A DNA stretch of 64,000 nt, from the NCBI RefSeq assembly GCF_006345805.1, contig NC_042998.1, positions 169,012,001 to 169,076,000 of the forward strand, written 5' to 3'. This stretch comes from Octopus sinensis. Lineage: Eukaryota. The notes below the pieces were generated by a model. It made no database searches and was not told the origin of the DNA. It worked only from the letters and a program-made list of their open reading frames with translations. Position numbers and translations under genes: made by a program. Below are positions 25,572-38,879 of this stretch, one piece after another (the stretch's first letter is position 1; each line of letters opens with the position of its first letter).

Positions 25572-27236
25572 CGGATCTCAAGAGGAGGGGGCTGTGTTAA
25601 GTCCGTGTGGGGTGGTAGTTTGTAGGGTGAAGATGTAGCGTTGCTCCAAGTGGAGCCTGGAAAGTGTGCGACCATTGTGGGGGGCGAGACCAAACACTGA
25701 GATGTCATCTAGGGAATGGCCGGCCGAGCTGAAGTGGCGTGCGACGGGAGAAAAAGAGTGTAGGCGAACGTCCCTCAAGTGTTCAGTGAAACGGTCGGAC
25801 AACCGGCGTCCCGTCTGTCCTACATACAGCATCCCGCATAGGTTGCATTTAATGCAGTAAATAAGGCCAGACGAGGTGCACGTAAAAGAGTGCCTAATGC
25901 GTACAGTATGCAGGTTGGAGCCGGTGACAGCGGTGGTGTTGGTGATGAAGGGGCAAGTGTTGCAGCGGGATCTAGAGCAAGGGAATGATCCGTGTGGGGC
26001 TGAGGGGGAAGAAGAGAGGGTGCTGTGGACCAGGAGGTCACGCAGATTGCGGGCTCGTTTGAAAGAGGACAGGGGTGGGTTAGGGAAAATGGGGCGGGTG
26101 GTGGGATCAAGCTGGAGGCGACGGAAGGCACGTAGTATCTTGCGACGAAGGGGTAGGGTAGAGGGGTGGAAAAGGAGGGGGAAGGGGTGCGGTTTGGGGG
26201 TGGGCGGGGGGAAGGAGACAGGGCGGTAGTGCGGTCGATGCGACGGTCGCGGGTGAGGGCATCAGAGAGGAGTATGGGTGGGTAACCTCGGAGTCTGAAC
26301 ATGCGGGCCAGGTATTGAGATTGGGTCTCGAAATCCTGGTCGCGGCTGCACAAACGTCGGAGGCGGAGGAACTGGGAGTAGGGGATGGCTCGTTTGGTGT
26401 GGAAGGGGTGGGAGGAAGAGAAGTTGAGATAGAGGTGGGAATCCGTAGGTTTAAAGAAGGCGGTGGTGGTGAGAGAGCTGGAGGGGTGATCGATGCGGAG
26501 AGAGATGTCAAGGAAGTTGACAGAGGTGTTGGAGATGGTGGAGGTGAATTGAAGAGAGGGATGAAAGTTGGAAAGGAAAGAGATGAATTGGCAGAGAAGT
26601 TCACGGGAAAGGGAGGTGGCACCTACGCAGTCGTCGATATAGCGACCGTATAGTTCGGGGGTCGGCCCAGAGAACTGGGAGAACACTTGGGCCTCAATGT
26701 AGCCAAGAAAGAGATTGGCGAAATTGGGGCCCATCCTAGTTCCCATCGCGACCCCGGACACCTGTTGGTACGTTTCCCCGGCGAACGTGAAGCAATTGAG
26801 GGTGAGGACGAGCTCAGCCAAACGGAGAAGGGTGGGGGTGCTGGGGGTGGGGTCGGGACGACAGTCGAGGAAGTGTTGGAGGGCTAGGAGACCGTCATTG
26901 TGGGGAATCACTGTGTACAGGGATTTTACATCTAAAGTGAAGAGGAGGTGTGAGGGGCTGGAAGGGAAGGAAAAGGAATTGAAGAGACGGAGGGCGTGGT
27001 TGGTGTCGTGTATGTGGGATGGGAGGGCTGCGACTAAGGGGGACAGGATGCGGTCGAGGTATAGGGAGATGAGTTCAGTGGGGCAATTACAGGCAGAGAC
27101 TATGGGACGGCCAGGATTAGAGGGTTTATGGATCTTGGGAAGGAAGTAGATGGTGGAGGTGCGGGGTGTGCGGACGATGAGGTTGGTGGCGGTGAGGGGG
27201 AGAGCGGAGGAGGAGATGAGGTCGTGGATGGTGGAG

Positions 27237-27240
<4 letters not shown>
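25572..27240 (-). mobile_element. Penelope-like element, Neptune-type, 5'-truncated, near-intact RT + GIY-YIG
   Basis: YFLPKIHK..PGRPIVS; TLDVKSLYT; GVAMGTRMGPNFANL; RYIDD; FLD; YSQFLRLRRLCS; Cys linker CSRSRCNTC; IYCIKCNLCGMLYVGQTGR...RF.EH; HGLN. One apparent frameshift near 26190. Confidence 0.95.
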
Positions 27241-27271
<31 letters not shown>

Positions 27272-27309
27272 GTTCAACGACTTTTCCGTCACTCACTCTT
27301 CCAGATGCA

Positions 27310-27335
27310 CTGAAGAAGGGGTTATAGCCCCGAAA
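27310..27335 (+). ncRNA. Partial hammerhead core
   Basis: CTGAAGA-A-GGGG(ttatag)CCCC-GAAA; stem I/III partners not convincing. Confidence 0.45.
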
Positions 27336-27494
27336 TATAGAAATACAAGGTAAAACTGCAACTTTCTTTGGTTTTCTTTACCTTTCATAGTTTACATTGT
27401 ATTTTCCCCATTGTTCCGGCCTTACACAACTAACCTCTTTAAAATACACATATAGACACACACACACACACAGACGCACACACACACACGCACG

Positions 27495-27564
<70 letters not shown>

Positions 27565-27567
27565 CGA

Positions 27568-27722
27568 CGAGATTTTTTTCAGTTTCCGTCTACCAGATTC
27601 ACTCACAAAGATTTAGCCCACCCGAGATTATAGAAACAGAAAATTGCTCATGGTGCCACGCAACGAGTCTGAACCCGGAACCACAAGGTTCAGAAGCAAA
27701 CGTCTTACCATACATCCACACC
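27568..27722 (-). mobile_element. SINE family B, 5' part
   Basis: TTTCAGTTTCCGTCTACC...GAACCCGGAACCAC is the reverse complement of the family B head. Confidence 0.75.
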
Positions 27723-28391
27723 CATTAAAATGTATGTTAAACGGATCTGAGAAAATTTTTGTTCAGTATCTTTAATAATTTTTTTAATCCGTTTTTTTTT
27801 TTCTTTTTTTCCATATTTTACATTAACGACTTGCATTCCTTATTTGATTATCTTCTTAAGCCAATGGCTGCTGCTAATTCTGTTATAAATTCTTGACCGA
27901 AAATCTACCCAATCATTTCTGTGAAAAAAACTCTATACTATTTTTTGTTAAATATTTGTTAATAGTTTCCTATAAATCAGTGTGACCTAGTTCTTCTAAA
28001 CAAATTAATAATACGAAGTTTAAAACTTAAAAGAAGGAATTGTTTCAGCGCAGACGTTTCCACAGGAGAAAAGACCTCTTAAGCAGTTTCATCAAGTAGG
28101 ACATTTTTATGCGTCTGATTTTTCGAGGCAAAAATCTCTAACGCTTGATTTTTACCGAAAATGTACGAGGTCCCTTAAGCAAAGACGGGCCTGAATTTCT
28201 TTTGTCTTCTGGGAAGTGGTCATGACAAATTTCTTTTTAAAAGGCGGGAGTCTGATTTATTTTATAAAACAATCTTGGCACATTTTAAGACAGTTTTGTT
28301 TTGACTCGGGTTAAGGAAATGGTGGCACTATTTGACATGAAAGTAAGCGAAATACATGTTCATTATCCGTTCCCCACGGATTGAAAAAAAT

Positions 28392-28798
28392 GGATCTTTT
28401 CAGTTTGAACGGCAGTTTTTAACATAATTTCTAGGTAACTAAAAAATTTTAAGCTTCGTATACTGGTAGAATGTGTTTATAAAACATCTTTTTCTCTTAG
28501 CTTTATTAAGAAAATTCTATAGTTTGTAAGATATTTGTTGTTTTTTCTTCAATTTCTGCAATTTCAACCAATCCATGACCGTCTATTGAGGTGAAAACAT
28601 TCTGTGCCGTATGAATATGTCCCTCGTTTAAGAAACAGATTGGGTTTATTTACATTTGTGAAGAAAAAAAGATACCCTTCCCCCTAACCCACCCTAAAAT
28701 AGATTGAAATGCAATAGATCGATACTAGGGTCATAATTATGGGTGACAATTTCATATGACACTGCTAGAAAAAACTGCCGTTCAAACCGAAAAGATCC
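28392..28798. mobile_element. MITE with ~29 bp TIRs and an 8-bp target duplication
   Basis: GGATCTTTTC(A/G)GTTTGAACGGCAGTTTTT at both ends; AAAAAAAT directly repeated on each side. Confidence 0.85.
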
Positions 28799-30129
28799 AA
28801 AAAAATATATGATTCATCCATTAAAAAATAAGATGAAATATTTATGGATCCTAATTTAATATTGACCTTTAGAGGAAAATAATTATGTTCAAATACACAC
28901 CAAGTTACTTTTTCTTTCATATCAATCAATGATGCAGAGTCATACTCTCCTATTCGTGACTAATAGAGCAAAACAACATGTTCTTCAGGCATTACACTTT
29001 CTCTATTAAACTTTTGAGTAATATTTTGAAAAATGTGCACAAGAAATAATCTCATTAAAGCCGTTTCCTTTTCCTGTCTGGGCAACGCATTTCCCTTTGT
29101 ATCTGATAAAAGGATATTAATTTCCGATTTGTGATAGATCAATTGGATATGATATGTTAAACCTATATTTCAACGTAATTGTCTCTAGAATCGGTTAGAA
29201 TAAAATCCCCGCTAAAATATTTCTCCTCGGTTCAATCATTAACTTTAATAGTTTTATTACAAGTGAAATAATTGATAAATAATCACTTCGAAATATTTAT
29301 TGATACCAGCATAACAGGTAGAAGAGGAATGCAAATCCTGCTAGTAATTCTCCTTTTCAGACAGAAAGCAAAAAAACATAAATCTTGTTATCTTTGAATT
29401 TAAATATTCTGAATATGAATGAATAATCTAATACCTCTTTTCTCATTTATCATAATAGTAAAACAAAATATATATATAAAAGAATTTCTACACAAGAAAT
29501 AGCTATTTTTAACAATTGGTATTTAGTAAAATACGGCGTTTCATATAATTTAAGTCCCTCTGTACAATTTTGATTTTATGTTTAAGGCGATGCTAAAGCA
29601 TGGCCGCAGTCAAATGACTGAAACCAATAAAAGAATAAATTTGTTTCTTTTATGAACCTGCACTAAATGCCTTTATTTTAGTAGAGAAGTAGTTCGTTCA
29701 TGGTTTCGCGAGAATATTAATGGCCTAAGTGAAGTTAAGTAGTCAAGTGCACGTAGCTTTGATAGGAAACAAAGAATAATTTTTACTGTTCCCTAAATTT
29801 GTAAGACTATTGTTATTCTCTGAAAGAGAAACCCAGTTTCGCCATTTTTCATCTTAAATCGGTTTCTGTAGTTATACATTTCTCATCAATTACAAAACGG
29901 CGTATAGTATCCATTTCCTCAAGTACAACATAATGTCAATTTGTATAGAGGAGTTACAGCCAAAAGAATTAGCTGCAATATGTTACTGGTATTTAATCTA
30001 TTGGTTCTGAACGGATGAAACTCGTTCAAGTCAACAGTGGCATTTGAACTCAGACTGAACAGAGATACGATTAAATTCAGTGAGTTAAGCATTTACTATC
30101 ATGCTCCACATCTTCCATCAACTTCTTTT

Positions 30130-30715
30130 TTTGTCTACTCTAGGCACAAGGCCCGAAATTTTGGGGGAAGAGGCCAGTCGATTAGATCGACCCCAGTGCG
30201 TAACTCGTACTTAATTTATCGACCCCGAAAGGATGAAAGGCAAAGTCGACCTCGGCGGGATTTGAATTCAGAACGTAAAGACAGACGAAATACCTATTTC
30301 TTTATTGCCCACAAGGGGCTAAACACAGAGGAGACAAACAAGGACAGACAAACGGATTAAGTCGATTATATTGACCCCAGTGCGTAACTGGTACTTATTT
30401 AATCGACCCCGAAATGATGAAAGGCAAAGTTGACCTCGGCGGAATTTGAACTCAGAACGTAAAGGCGGACGAAATACCTATTTCTATTTCTTTACTACCC
30501 ACAAGGGGCTAAACACTGAGAGGACAAACGAGGACAGACAAACGGATTAAGTCGATTATATCGACCCCAGGGCGTAACTGGTACTTATTTAATCGACCCC
30601 GAAAGGATGAAAGGCAAAGTGACCTCGGCGGAATTTGAACTCAGAACGTAACGCAGACGAAATACTGCTAAGCATTTCGCCCGGCGTGCTAACGTTTCTG
30701 CCAGCTCGCCGCCTT
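30130..30715 (-). mobile_element. SINE family A, three-unit form
   Basis: Same head-(unit)x3-tail layout as 21365-21955. Confidence 0.9.
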
Positions 30716-32344
30716 CTTGTCGAACCAATGTTGGACACTATATGGTTACCTAACCGGCTAGAAATAGCAGCCAAATATCACTTGCGTTATACTCTTCCTC
30801 AAACTGCACCTCAAGTTGGAATGTAGTCTGAATTTTCTAATCTTGAAAACACGATGTAATGGCTTTAAGCTTTTGGTTATAAGTTTGCTCTACGAGTCTC
30901 CATGTGGAGAGTAATTAACAACTTCCTCGTATTACCCGGGACAAAACTACATTATCGGTCTCTTATTCAAACAGATAAACCTCCAATAACAATTTTCCGA
31001 CGGACACAATTGGTTTTCTTCAGCCAAGACTGGTCTGGTTTAAACAAGTATTTTCTAGCAGACAAAATGAATGAATAAGCTGTTCGAATACTAGGCCAGT
31101 TCTGTGTCCATTCCTAATGTAGCTATTCGTTGTTATGGTGGTGGTGGTGGTGGTGGTGGTGGTGGTGGTGATAGTGATGGTAGTAGTGGTGGTGGTGGTG
31201 GTGGTGGTGGTGGTGGTGGTGATGATAGTTATTTAACCCCCATGTTATCCTTAGTGGAGCAGGCCTAGAAACAAAAGCATTCCATCCATGACCACCTCAT
31301 CTTTTTTGCATATATGCAACTACATTGGCCAACATTACTTTACATTTATGAAACAGTAGAATGTGATCTAAAGGAATTTTGCCTGTTATTTCTAACATGA
31401 TATTTTATTTTTGCATGCGTCAGTTAATTCATCTGTCAAAAATACAAGTTTTCTTGAGAATATTTTCTGAGACAAAATCACATTCTCGCCGGGTGAGCAT
31501 TCTTCCATCATCTGCTTTACGCTTTACAGTACCGAGTCTAGAAATAAGCACAATTACCTCATGCTTCTGTGGCTCGTTAAAACTTAATTTCCTCATTTGT
31601 AGTCTCAGCAGAGTGCTTTCTTTCATTCAGAACCAAAGATACTCTTTGTCTTTCTTTTTATACTTCTCTCTCTTTCTCTTTACTGACCTGCATCTCTGTT
31701 TCTGTAAATAGCCGCTTTCTCCCCCACCACTATCACCACATTATCTTCTTCTGCTTTTGATTGAGATATCATGGGCTCTGTTATTTTGGATTTCATATGT
31801 ACATACATTTACTCTGGTAAGGCAGGAAGTGTCAGATTGGTAGAACACCGGGCAAAATATTCAAAACTTAGGCAAAATCCTTTACGTTCTAAGTTCAAAT
31901 TTCATCGGAGCTCGATTTTGCCCTTCAATCCTAATGAGCTAGGTAATTGTATTGATTCACGGGCCCATATCCCAATAACTACAAATTTATTGCCTTATCT
32001 GAATGTAGGAAATCAATATACTAATTCTACAAAAAATATATTTAGTTTTTGATAAATATATTACAAACTATTAAAAATTGGTATTCTGAAGTTATTATAT
32101 ATCTTAATTATCTGTCAGAAAATGATGCATATTATCAGTGGTATTGTGTCTCATATAGTATCTAACAAGGAACTTTATATTGTAACAATATTGGCCTAGG
32201 AATAAATCTTTGTGTCTATCGCCTATGATAACAAGAAGTCAAGAAGTCACGTCATATAAATGACAGGTCCATTATTAGTGCTGTAGTATGTAGCATTTCC
32301 TCCAACAACGAAACCAAGCTAAACAAACCAACAAAGGAAATTCT

Positions 32345-32520
32345 ACGTGATTATTTGATCTGTTAGAAATAGCAGTCAAACCATTTTATCATGCCTAACC
32401 ATCGTGAAAAAATATTATGAATCTGAGTAAAAGATAGGATGTTCATGGCTGGAACGACTTTGGTTATAGATCGGCTTGATCAGGGTGACCTAGGATTAGA
32501 TAGACGGCAACAACGGAAGC
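32345..32520 (+). mobile_element. Interspersed repeat fragment (related pieces at ~30740-30900 + and ~31205-31330 -)
   Basis: Shared motifs TAGAAATAGCAG(C/T)CAAA and CATGG..GGAA.G..TT; family not identified. Confidence 0.4.
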
Positions 32521-32771
32521 AACCAAATCCTGAGTTAAGAGAGGATAAACACTACTTCCATTAAAAGTCCGATCTCAGAACAGTGAAATACCGAATTTCA
32601 AAAGCTTTTACTGAAATGAAACACATAATGAAAATATACCCATCTTATATAAAAATTAGAAACACATACACACTCACACACAGACATACACACACACACA
32701 CAGATACATAAACGCGAACACACACATGCACATATACATATGTATGTATATTGTATATATACATGCATGTT

Positions 32772-33000
32772 GAGGGCGGCGAGCTGGCAGAACCGTTAGC
32801 ACGCCGGGCGAAATGCGTAGCCGTATTTCGTCTGCCGTTACGTTCTGAGTTCAAATTCCGCCGAGGTCGACTTTGCCTTTCATCCTTTCGAGGTTGATAA
32901 ATTAAGTACCAGTTACGCACTGGAGTCGATGTAATCGACTTAATCCGTTTGTCTGTGTTTGTCCCCTCTATGTTTAGCCCCTTGTGGGTAATAAAAAAAC
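32772..33000 (+). mobile_element. SINE family A
   Basis: GGCGGCGAGCTGGCAGAACCGTTAGCACGCCGGGCGAAATGC head with B-box-like GAGTTCAAATTCC. Confidence 0.9.
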
Positions 33001-33109
33001 AAATATATACATGCATGTGTTGTGTGTGTGTACATACATATTACATATACATATATATATATTGATAGATGCATGCATGCATGCATGCAACCGCAGACTT
33101 CGAAAATAT

Positions 33110-33805
33110 TAGCCTGTACTTATACAGAAAAAACAGTGATTAACAAATCTCTGATAACCATTAGCAGGGTAAGAATTCCTTATTATTGACGGAAGCAGTA
33201 TTACTGCGAAATAGCATTATGCATATCTTAATTGACATGGAAAGCTAATGGATAATTGCTGCTGAAGACGCTGAAAGAAGCAAAAATCTGGGTCTAGCGA
33301 TTCCATCGCCGTTGCTGGAGGCTTTCCGCTTGCTACTGAAACACGTCTAAGGTATCAGTACTATACGTCTATACGAGAAGCTTTCTCGAGACTAATACAG
33401 CAGTTTTCTGGTTTTCTATAGTATATCCACGTTCGGTAAGATATACAAAATGCTATTTGGAACTGAGGCAGCCTCCGTCGCCAATAACGAAATTTTTTAC
33501 CCAGCCTAACCGCGACACCGGTTATTTGTTGGCAATAGCAGTGGCTTGTTATTCGCTACTTTTCTATGTCAATAGCAGCTAAATTTGTCCAAGCATGCAG
33601 TTGGTAGTGGAACTTTTACTGATGAGGCTCAAAGAAGCAGAACTCTAAATTTAACAATTCCACCGCCGCTGTCAAGCCCTTTTTGTCTGCTCCTGATATA
33701 ATTATGTGTTTAACAGCGTTATACATTTATACGAGATGTTCTCTCCTGACGAATACTGCAGTTTTCTGGTTTCCACAGTACATCCATGTTAAGATACACA
33801 GAACG

Positions 33806-33812
<7 letters not shown>
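33110..33812 (+). mobile_element. Old tandem hammerhead-bearing element (inverted 5' segment + 357-bp-period units)
   Basis: 33110-33243 inverts ~33420-33550; HHR relics at 33256-33300 (TTGCTG-CTGAAGA-CGCT..AGC-aaaaat-CTGG-GTC-TAGCGA) and from 33619 (CTGATGA-GGCT..AGC); ends in (TA)n. Confidence 0.65.
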
Positions 33813-33856
<44 letters not shown>

Positions 33857-34084
33857 CAAAATGAGGGTGAAAAATTAGATATTAATTTTATAACATCAAT
33901 TTAACACCAGTGGTCTAGCATATAAAAAACTGAGATTCAGTAAATAGCATTTTATACATAAATATAAGAGGGAACCACTATGTAGAAACCCTTACGCTAG
34001 AAAAAGATCCGCTATGGTCTCAACCACTAAAAATTGTTCTCCAGAAAATTTAGCACACCAGAAACGAAAGCGGGCAAGACAAAT

Positions 34085-35260
34085 GAAAAATAACAAATCT
34101 ATATTTGATAGCTAATATCAGTAACAGAGTGTCTAACTTCTCTTCCTCTAAAGAAATTTTCGAGAAAGCCGCCCCTTACTATAATAATGCCCTAACCAAT
34201 AGTGACTTTAAAAATACATTAATATATAGTCCCTTTAATATTAATCAGAATAATGCTAATAGACCTAAAAATAGACGAGAGAAAATTATTTGGTTCACCC
34301 TTCCCTTTTCCCTTAACGTAAAAACTAACATAGGTAAAAGATTCTTGCCTATCCTAGACAAACATTTTCCAGCATATCACAGGAAAATATTTAACAGGCG
34401 TCTGTGAAATTATCACATAGCTGCTGATCCAGTATGAAGAGTGTCATTACATGAAGTCAACACCCAAAAGCCTAAATCCAGTTGTAACTGTCGAGAACCA
34501 GGAACCTGTACACTTGACCAGCGATACATGATTGAACCTGTCATATATGAGGTAGAAGATGATAACACAACCGATAAGAAGACCTATACTGATCTGTGTA
34601 AAGGAGAATTCTAAAATCACTATGCTAACCACATAGCTTCCTTCTGACGTAAGGTCAAAAGCAAAGCTACAAAGTTGGCTAGCTAAGAATATAGTTTAAA
34701 ATCTAACGCAACACCACATACGATGAAGTGGAAAAGAATCGAAAAATCACGACCTTATGTTAATGGATCAAACAAATGCAAGCTATTCTTAGCTGAAAGA
34801 GCTCAGATCCTTTTCAGATCTAAGTTGCAAACTCACTGCTGAACTCTAGATCTGACATTTTTAGCGGTTGTGAACATATGCCTAAGTTCCTATTGGTGAA
34901 TTGGGTAGTTTCACCATTATCTGATTAACTTGTACCATAAACTCTAAGTCACTATTTTTCCAGCCTTATAGCTTATGGCCTAAGGGAGTTAACTCTTTTT
35001 CTTTTTTTATTTCTGATTACTTTTTCGTTTTCTGGATTTTTAACATCCCATTTTATTTTACTTTGTTCTCACCTTTTCTCGTTTCTTCTCTCATTCAATT
35101 TTCAGTTCGTTATGCGGTGTGGGCTGTGCCTGATGACTGTACCTAGATGTCGGACGTGTTATAATATATTGTTTAGTATGTCCTCATCGCAAGAAACTAT
35201 TATAAAAGTAGTTTGAAAACTGAACAGAAATACTAACTAGATTGTGGTTGAGAAATAACA
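34085..35260 (+). mobile_element. Penelope-like relic (Penelope/Poseidon-type), RT C-terminus + GIY-YIG + 3' pLTR-like region
   Basis: IIWFTLPFSLNVKTNIGKRFL.ILDKHFP...KIFNR; CNCR...C; KTY..LC..EF..Y.NH..SF; KW..IEKS.PY.NGSNKCKL.LAE; CTGATGA (35130) ... GAAAC (35193) downstream. Confidence 0.85.
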
Positions 35261-35262
35261 AT

Positions 35263-35880
35263 TTACTCAAAGTAGCCGCCCTCAGCTGTCTCCACGGCCT
35301 CCTCAAGAAAGCTACGAAACCTAGAACATGCGTTCCTCACTGCATCTGTCGTAAGATTTTCAAATACCTCCTTGATCTTAGCTGCCAACTTGGTTTTAGT
35401 GTTGCAGGCAGAGCGGTTGTGTCCCTCGGAAGATTTTCGAACACCTCCTTGATCTTTGCTGCCAGCTCAGTCTTAGTGTTGTAAGCAGAGTGGTTGTGTA
35501 CCTTCCTCAACCGCGCCCCACATATAGTAATCCATGGTATTACTCTTGGAGAAATTGAGAGGATAAAAATTGAGGTTGGTGAAATCGTAAAAATACTCCG
35601 ATGATCACTTCTGACTCTTTCCGAAGGCAAAGAAATTCCTGAAGAAGCTAAAGCATTCTGTTGAGTCGGGGATGATCTGGTTCTTCTCAGATGAAAAGAA
35701 CTTCTGCCAGGACCAGTTGCACAACACCCAGAACAATAGGTGCCTTGCCTACAATCCATGATATCTCATGTATCATGAAAACTAAATCCAAACTGTGATG
35801 GTTTTGTGTGTGTCTCCAGTAAGGGTGATGTCATGGCGCCCCATATCTTTGAATAGGGACTTAGGCTCAAAGCAGACCTA
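35263..35880. mobile_element. Rearranged Tc1/mariner (maT/DD37D-like) transposase fragments
   Basis: Plus: KKLKHSVESGMIWFFSDEKNFCQD..HNTQNNR...VMV...GDVMAPHIFE.GLRL; minus: MDYYMWGAVE...NTKTELAAKIKEVF...AEGGYFE*. Confidence 0.75.
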
Positions 35881-36516
35881 AAAAATTCGGAAAGTAAATC
35901 TCGAGAAAAAGACAAATCAAAATACATCACTTTCATCAATGAATGACGATAGACACCCCATGGCATAAAAGTAATCAACGAAGGAGCAGAAAAATATTAA
36001 CCAGGAAGCAAACGCAAAACAACGATCAACGTGCAAACACAAGCGAGAGATTTCACCTACACTAACGAATATAAATTTTCCAGCAAACCGAGCTGTAACA
36101 GTTCTTGCCTGTAGAGTACAGTAGCATGAAACTCGAGCCTTGAAGTAAAGTTTCAGTTTCAGTAAACTATGTATGTATGTATGTATGTGTATGTGTGTAT
36201 GTGTGTGTGTCGAGAGAGAGAGAGAGAGAGAGATATATAAGTGTGTGTGTGCATGTGTGTGTGCATGTATGTATGTGCATGTATGTGTGTGCATGTATGT
36301 GTATGCATGTATGTGTGTGCATGGATGTGTGTGCATGGATGTGTGTGCGTGTATGTGTGTATGTGTGTGTTTATACGTGGGTGTGTGTACTGTACATATA
36401 GTTTTAAAGAATTGCAATGTTTATAGTCACACTCCCTGGTATTTGTTTTATGTGTTTCCTTATTGTCATTGTTGTTATTGTTGTTTTTGCTATTATTATC
36501 ATTATTATTATTATCC

Positions 36517-36571
<55 letters not shown>

Positions 36572-38879
36572 TTTTATAAGGATTTGGTATGATATTTCGT
36601 ATTAACGTCATTATTTTTTTGTTGCTGGGAGTATTGCAATTTAAGGCTGGTATCAAATTGTTGTTTCCAATACTTCAAGGTTTTATCGCATGATTCATTG
36701 TATTCGTTTTGATAATTGATGTTTATAATAAATATGATATCATATTTTCCATCATGATTCGAAGTATTCTTCATGCATGTTTATATAGTAAAATTGTTTC
36801 TTGCCCTTGTGTATATATTCGTATTTAAACTCAGCGGCATCTACCATTATTGCTTTCACATAATAATGATGAAAAACATGTTATCAGATCCGACTGACTT
36901 AAGAATATGTATATTGTATCAGCAGCAAATAGATAACATTTATAAACATATGTGTATGTTTTTTTTATTATTTGTTTTTATTCTTTTTGCCCTCTGCAAG
37001 ACAAAATAAATATGATTTAAATTTGTCTATGGACAAAAATGACATTTATTTTAAAATCTGATATTTATCTCAACTTTTTTTCTTTTTTCCTTTCCCTCAA
37101 CTTTTTTTCTTTTCTCCTTTCCCTCTTGTTTTCTCATCTATGCGGCATTACAACCTCGCAACCCTTGACTGCATGTGACTTTGCAACTTTCTCCTTCACT
37201 ACACGGTATTTATTTAACTTTCCCCCTTTGCATGTAGCCTTACTATCCCTCTTCACCTCACATGACCTCGCCAACTCGACACATCTCTCCACGTAGCACT
37301 AAGAAGACTGCATTACTCCCAACCTTCACACTCACTCCGATCCTCTTCTTTCTAACCTCTATCTGTATAGCAGAGACAACACTGAAACAAAGGGCAAAGT
37401 CCGTCATTCTACATTAGTGTCAATCTAGTAATATGATGACCAGAACGTATGAAAATTTACAATGTTTACACTAAAAGGAATAGTTGGGCCATCGGCAGCA
37501 AAACCAGCAGCCCCATCAAGCATGATTAGTAGTGAAATTATTATCGAACACTCTGCAGGGAGAAAGCAAAAAAAAAAGCAAAATCCAGTCAATAAAGGGT
37601 AAATGATTTCGAGTGAACAACCAGAAATGAACGGAGGTCCATTATACTGTGGAGTCTAACAGTCAACCGTAGCAGCATCTGTAGAGTCAGTATGTCTTGA
37701 CTTATCTTTGAACGAGAGATTACTCCTTGCATCTGCAAAAGTCTTTAGAATTTAAATGCTTTGTAGATAAGAACTATCGCTTTCAAATTTTAGCACAAGG
37801 CCAGCAATTTCAGGGGAGGACATCATTCGGTTACATCGACCCCAATGTTCAACTGGTACTTATTTTGCCAACCCCGAAAGAATGAAACGTAAAGTCGACC
37901 TCGGAGAAATTTGAATGCATAAGTAAGAAATGATATCAATAAATCAAAAATATACTGAATCGATCGCTTTCTGGGTTGCCAAAGACGGTGCGCCGGCTGT
38001 CCTCTTTTCCGAATAATTGTGAAAATTTTACGAGGCGCAAAAAGATAGCTTTTATTTGGTCGATTGAATGTTAAAACACATCGAGACAGGAGACAGAACG
38101 ACAAGAATAACACTCCGCGTTCATAGCACTTAAGTGAATCAAGCCTTTAGAGACGCAAGACTCTTGAAGTTAACAATGTCAAAAATGGGTTTACTCATTC
38201 ATTCCAAGTGAAAATACTACCAAGCAGACATGTGTCCAACGTAGGCTTTGCCACAAAAGCAGTATTATAACTAAATTAAACCTGTAACCAACAGGTGTTA
38301 ACGACCAGATCATGAATTGATTTTGAGAGTTTCTATCTTGATCAATTTTTACTTTCCTATATTGATGAACCCTGATGATACAAAAGATGAGGCCTACAGT
38401 ACACTGCAAATGGACCTATGGAGCGTAATTCAGATAGTCAAGCAGATAGTAATAAGCAACATAGTGTCAGCATCGGAGAAGATGCAGATAGGCGATACAG
38501 TGATATTGGCAAATATTATGTGAGGAAATGCAACATAAACAGGAAACTCACTCGCTACTCTGAAAAGTAGTGCATCATTATCGAAAGTATTTTCAAGCGA
38601 AAGTAGGATCAGAAAGTCATCTAGGTGCATCCATATTTAGAGCGTTGAATCTCCTAAGTTATTTCATAAAAGAAGTAAATTGCACATTACACAGGTAAAT
38701 AGAGTGGAAAATGGTAGCAGAAATCACAAAATACTCAGATATCAGTTAACCTTGAAAACAGTCCCCCAACGGGAGAAGACTAGAATTTGCAAGCCAATTA
38801 AGCCACCAATATGTTGACGAATAGGAATGTAAAGGCCACGCTGAAAAGAAATATAGATAAAACTCTAGAATTGTATTTC

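Noticed and set aside
31429-31626. 65-aa protein-like ORF (…RLGTVKRKADDGRMLTRRECDF…)
   Set aside because: No recognisable family, no convincing splice pair.
38200-38650. Faint hAT-like C-terminal peptide remnants (NVGFATK, GNAT)
   Set aside because: Too degenerate to call without a profile search.
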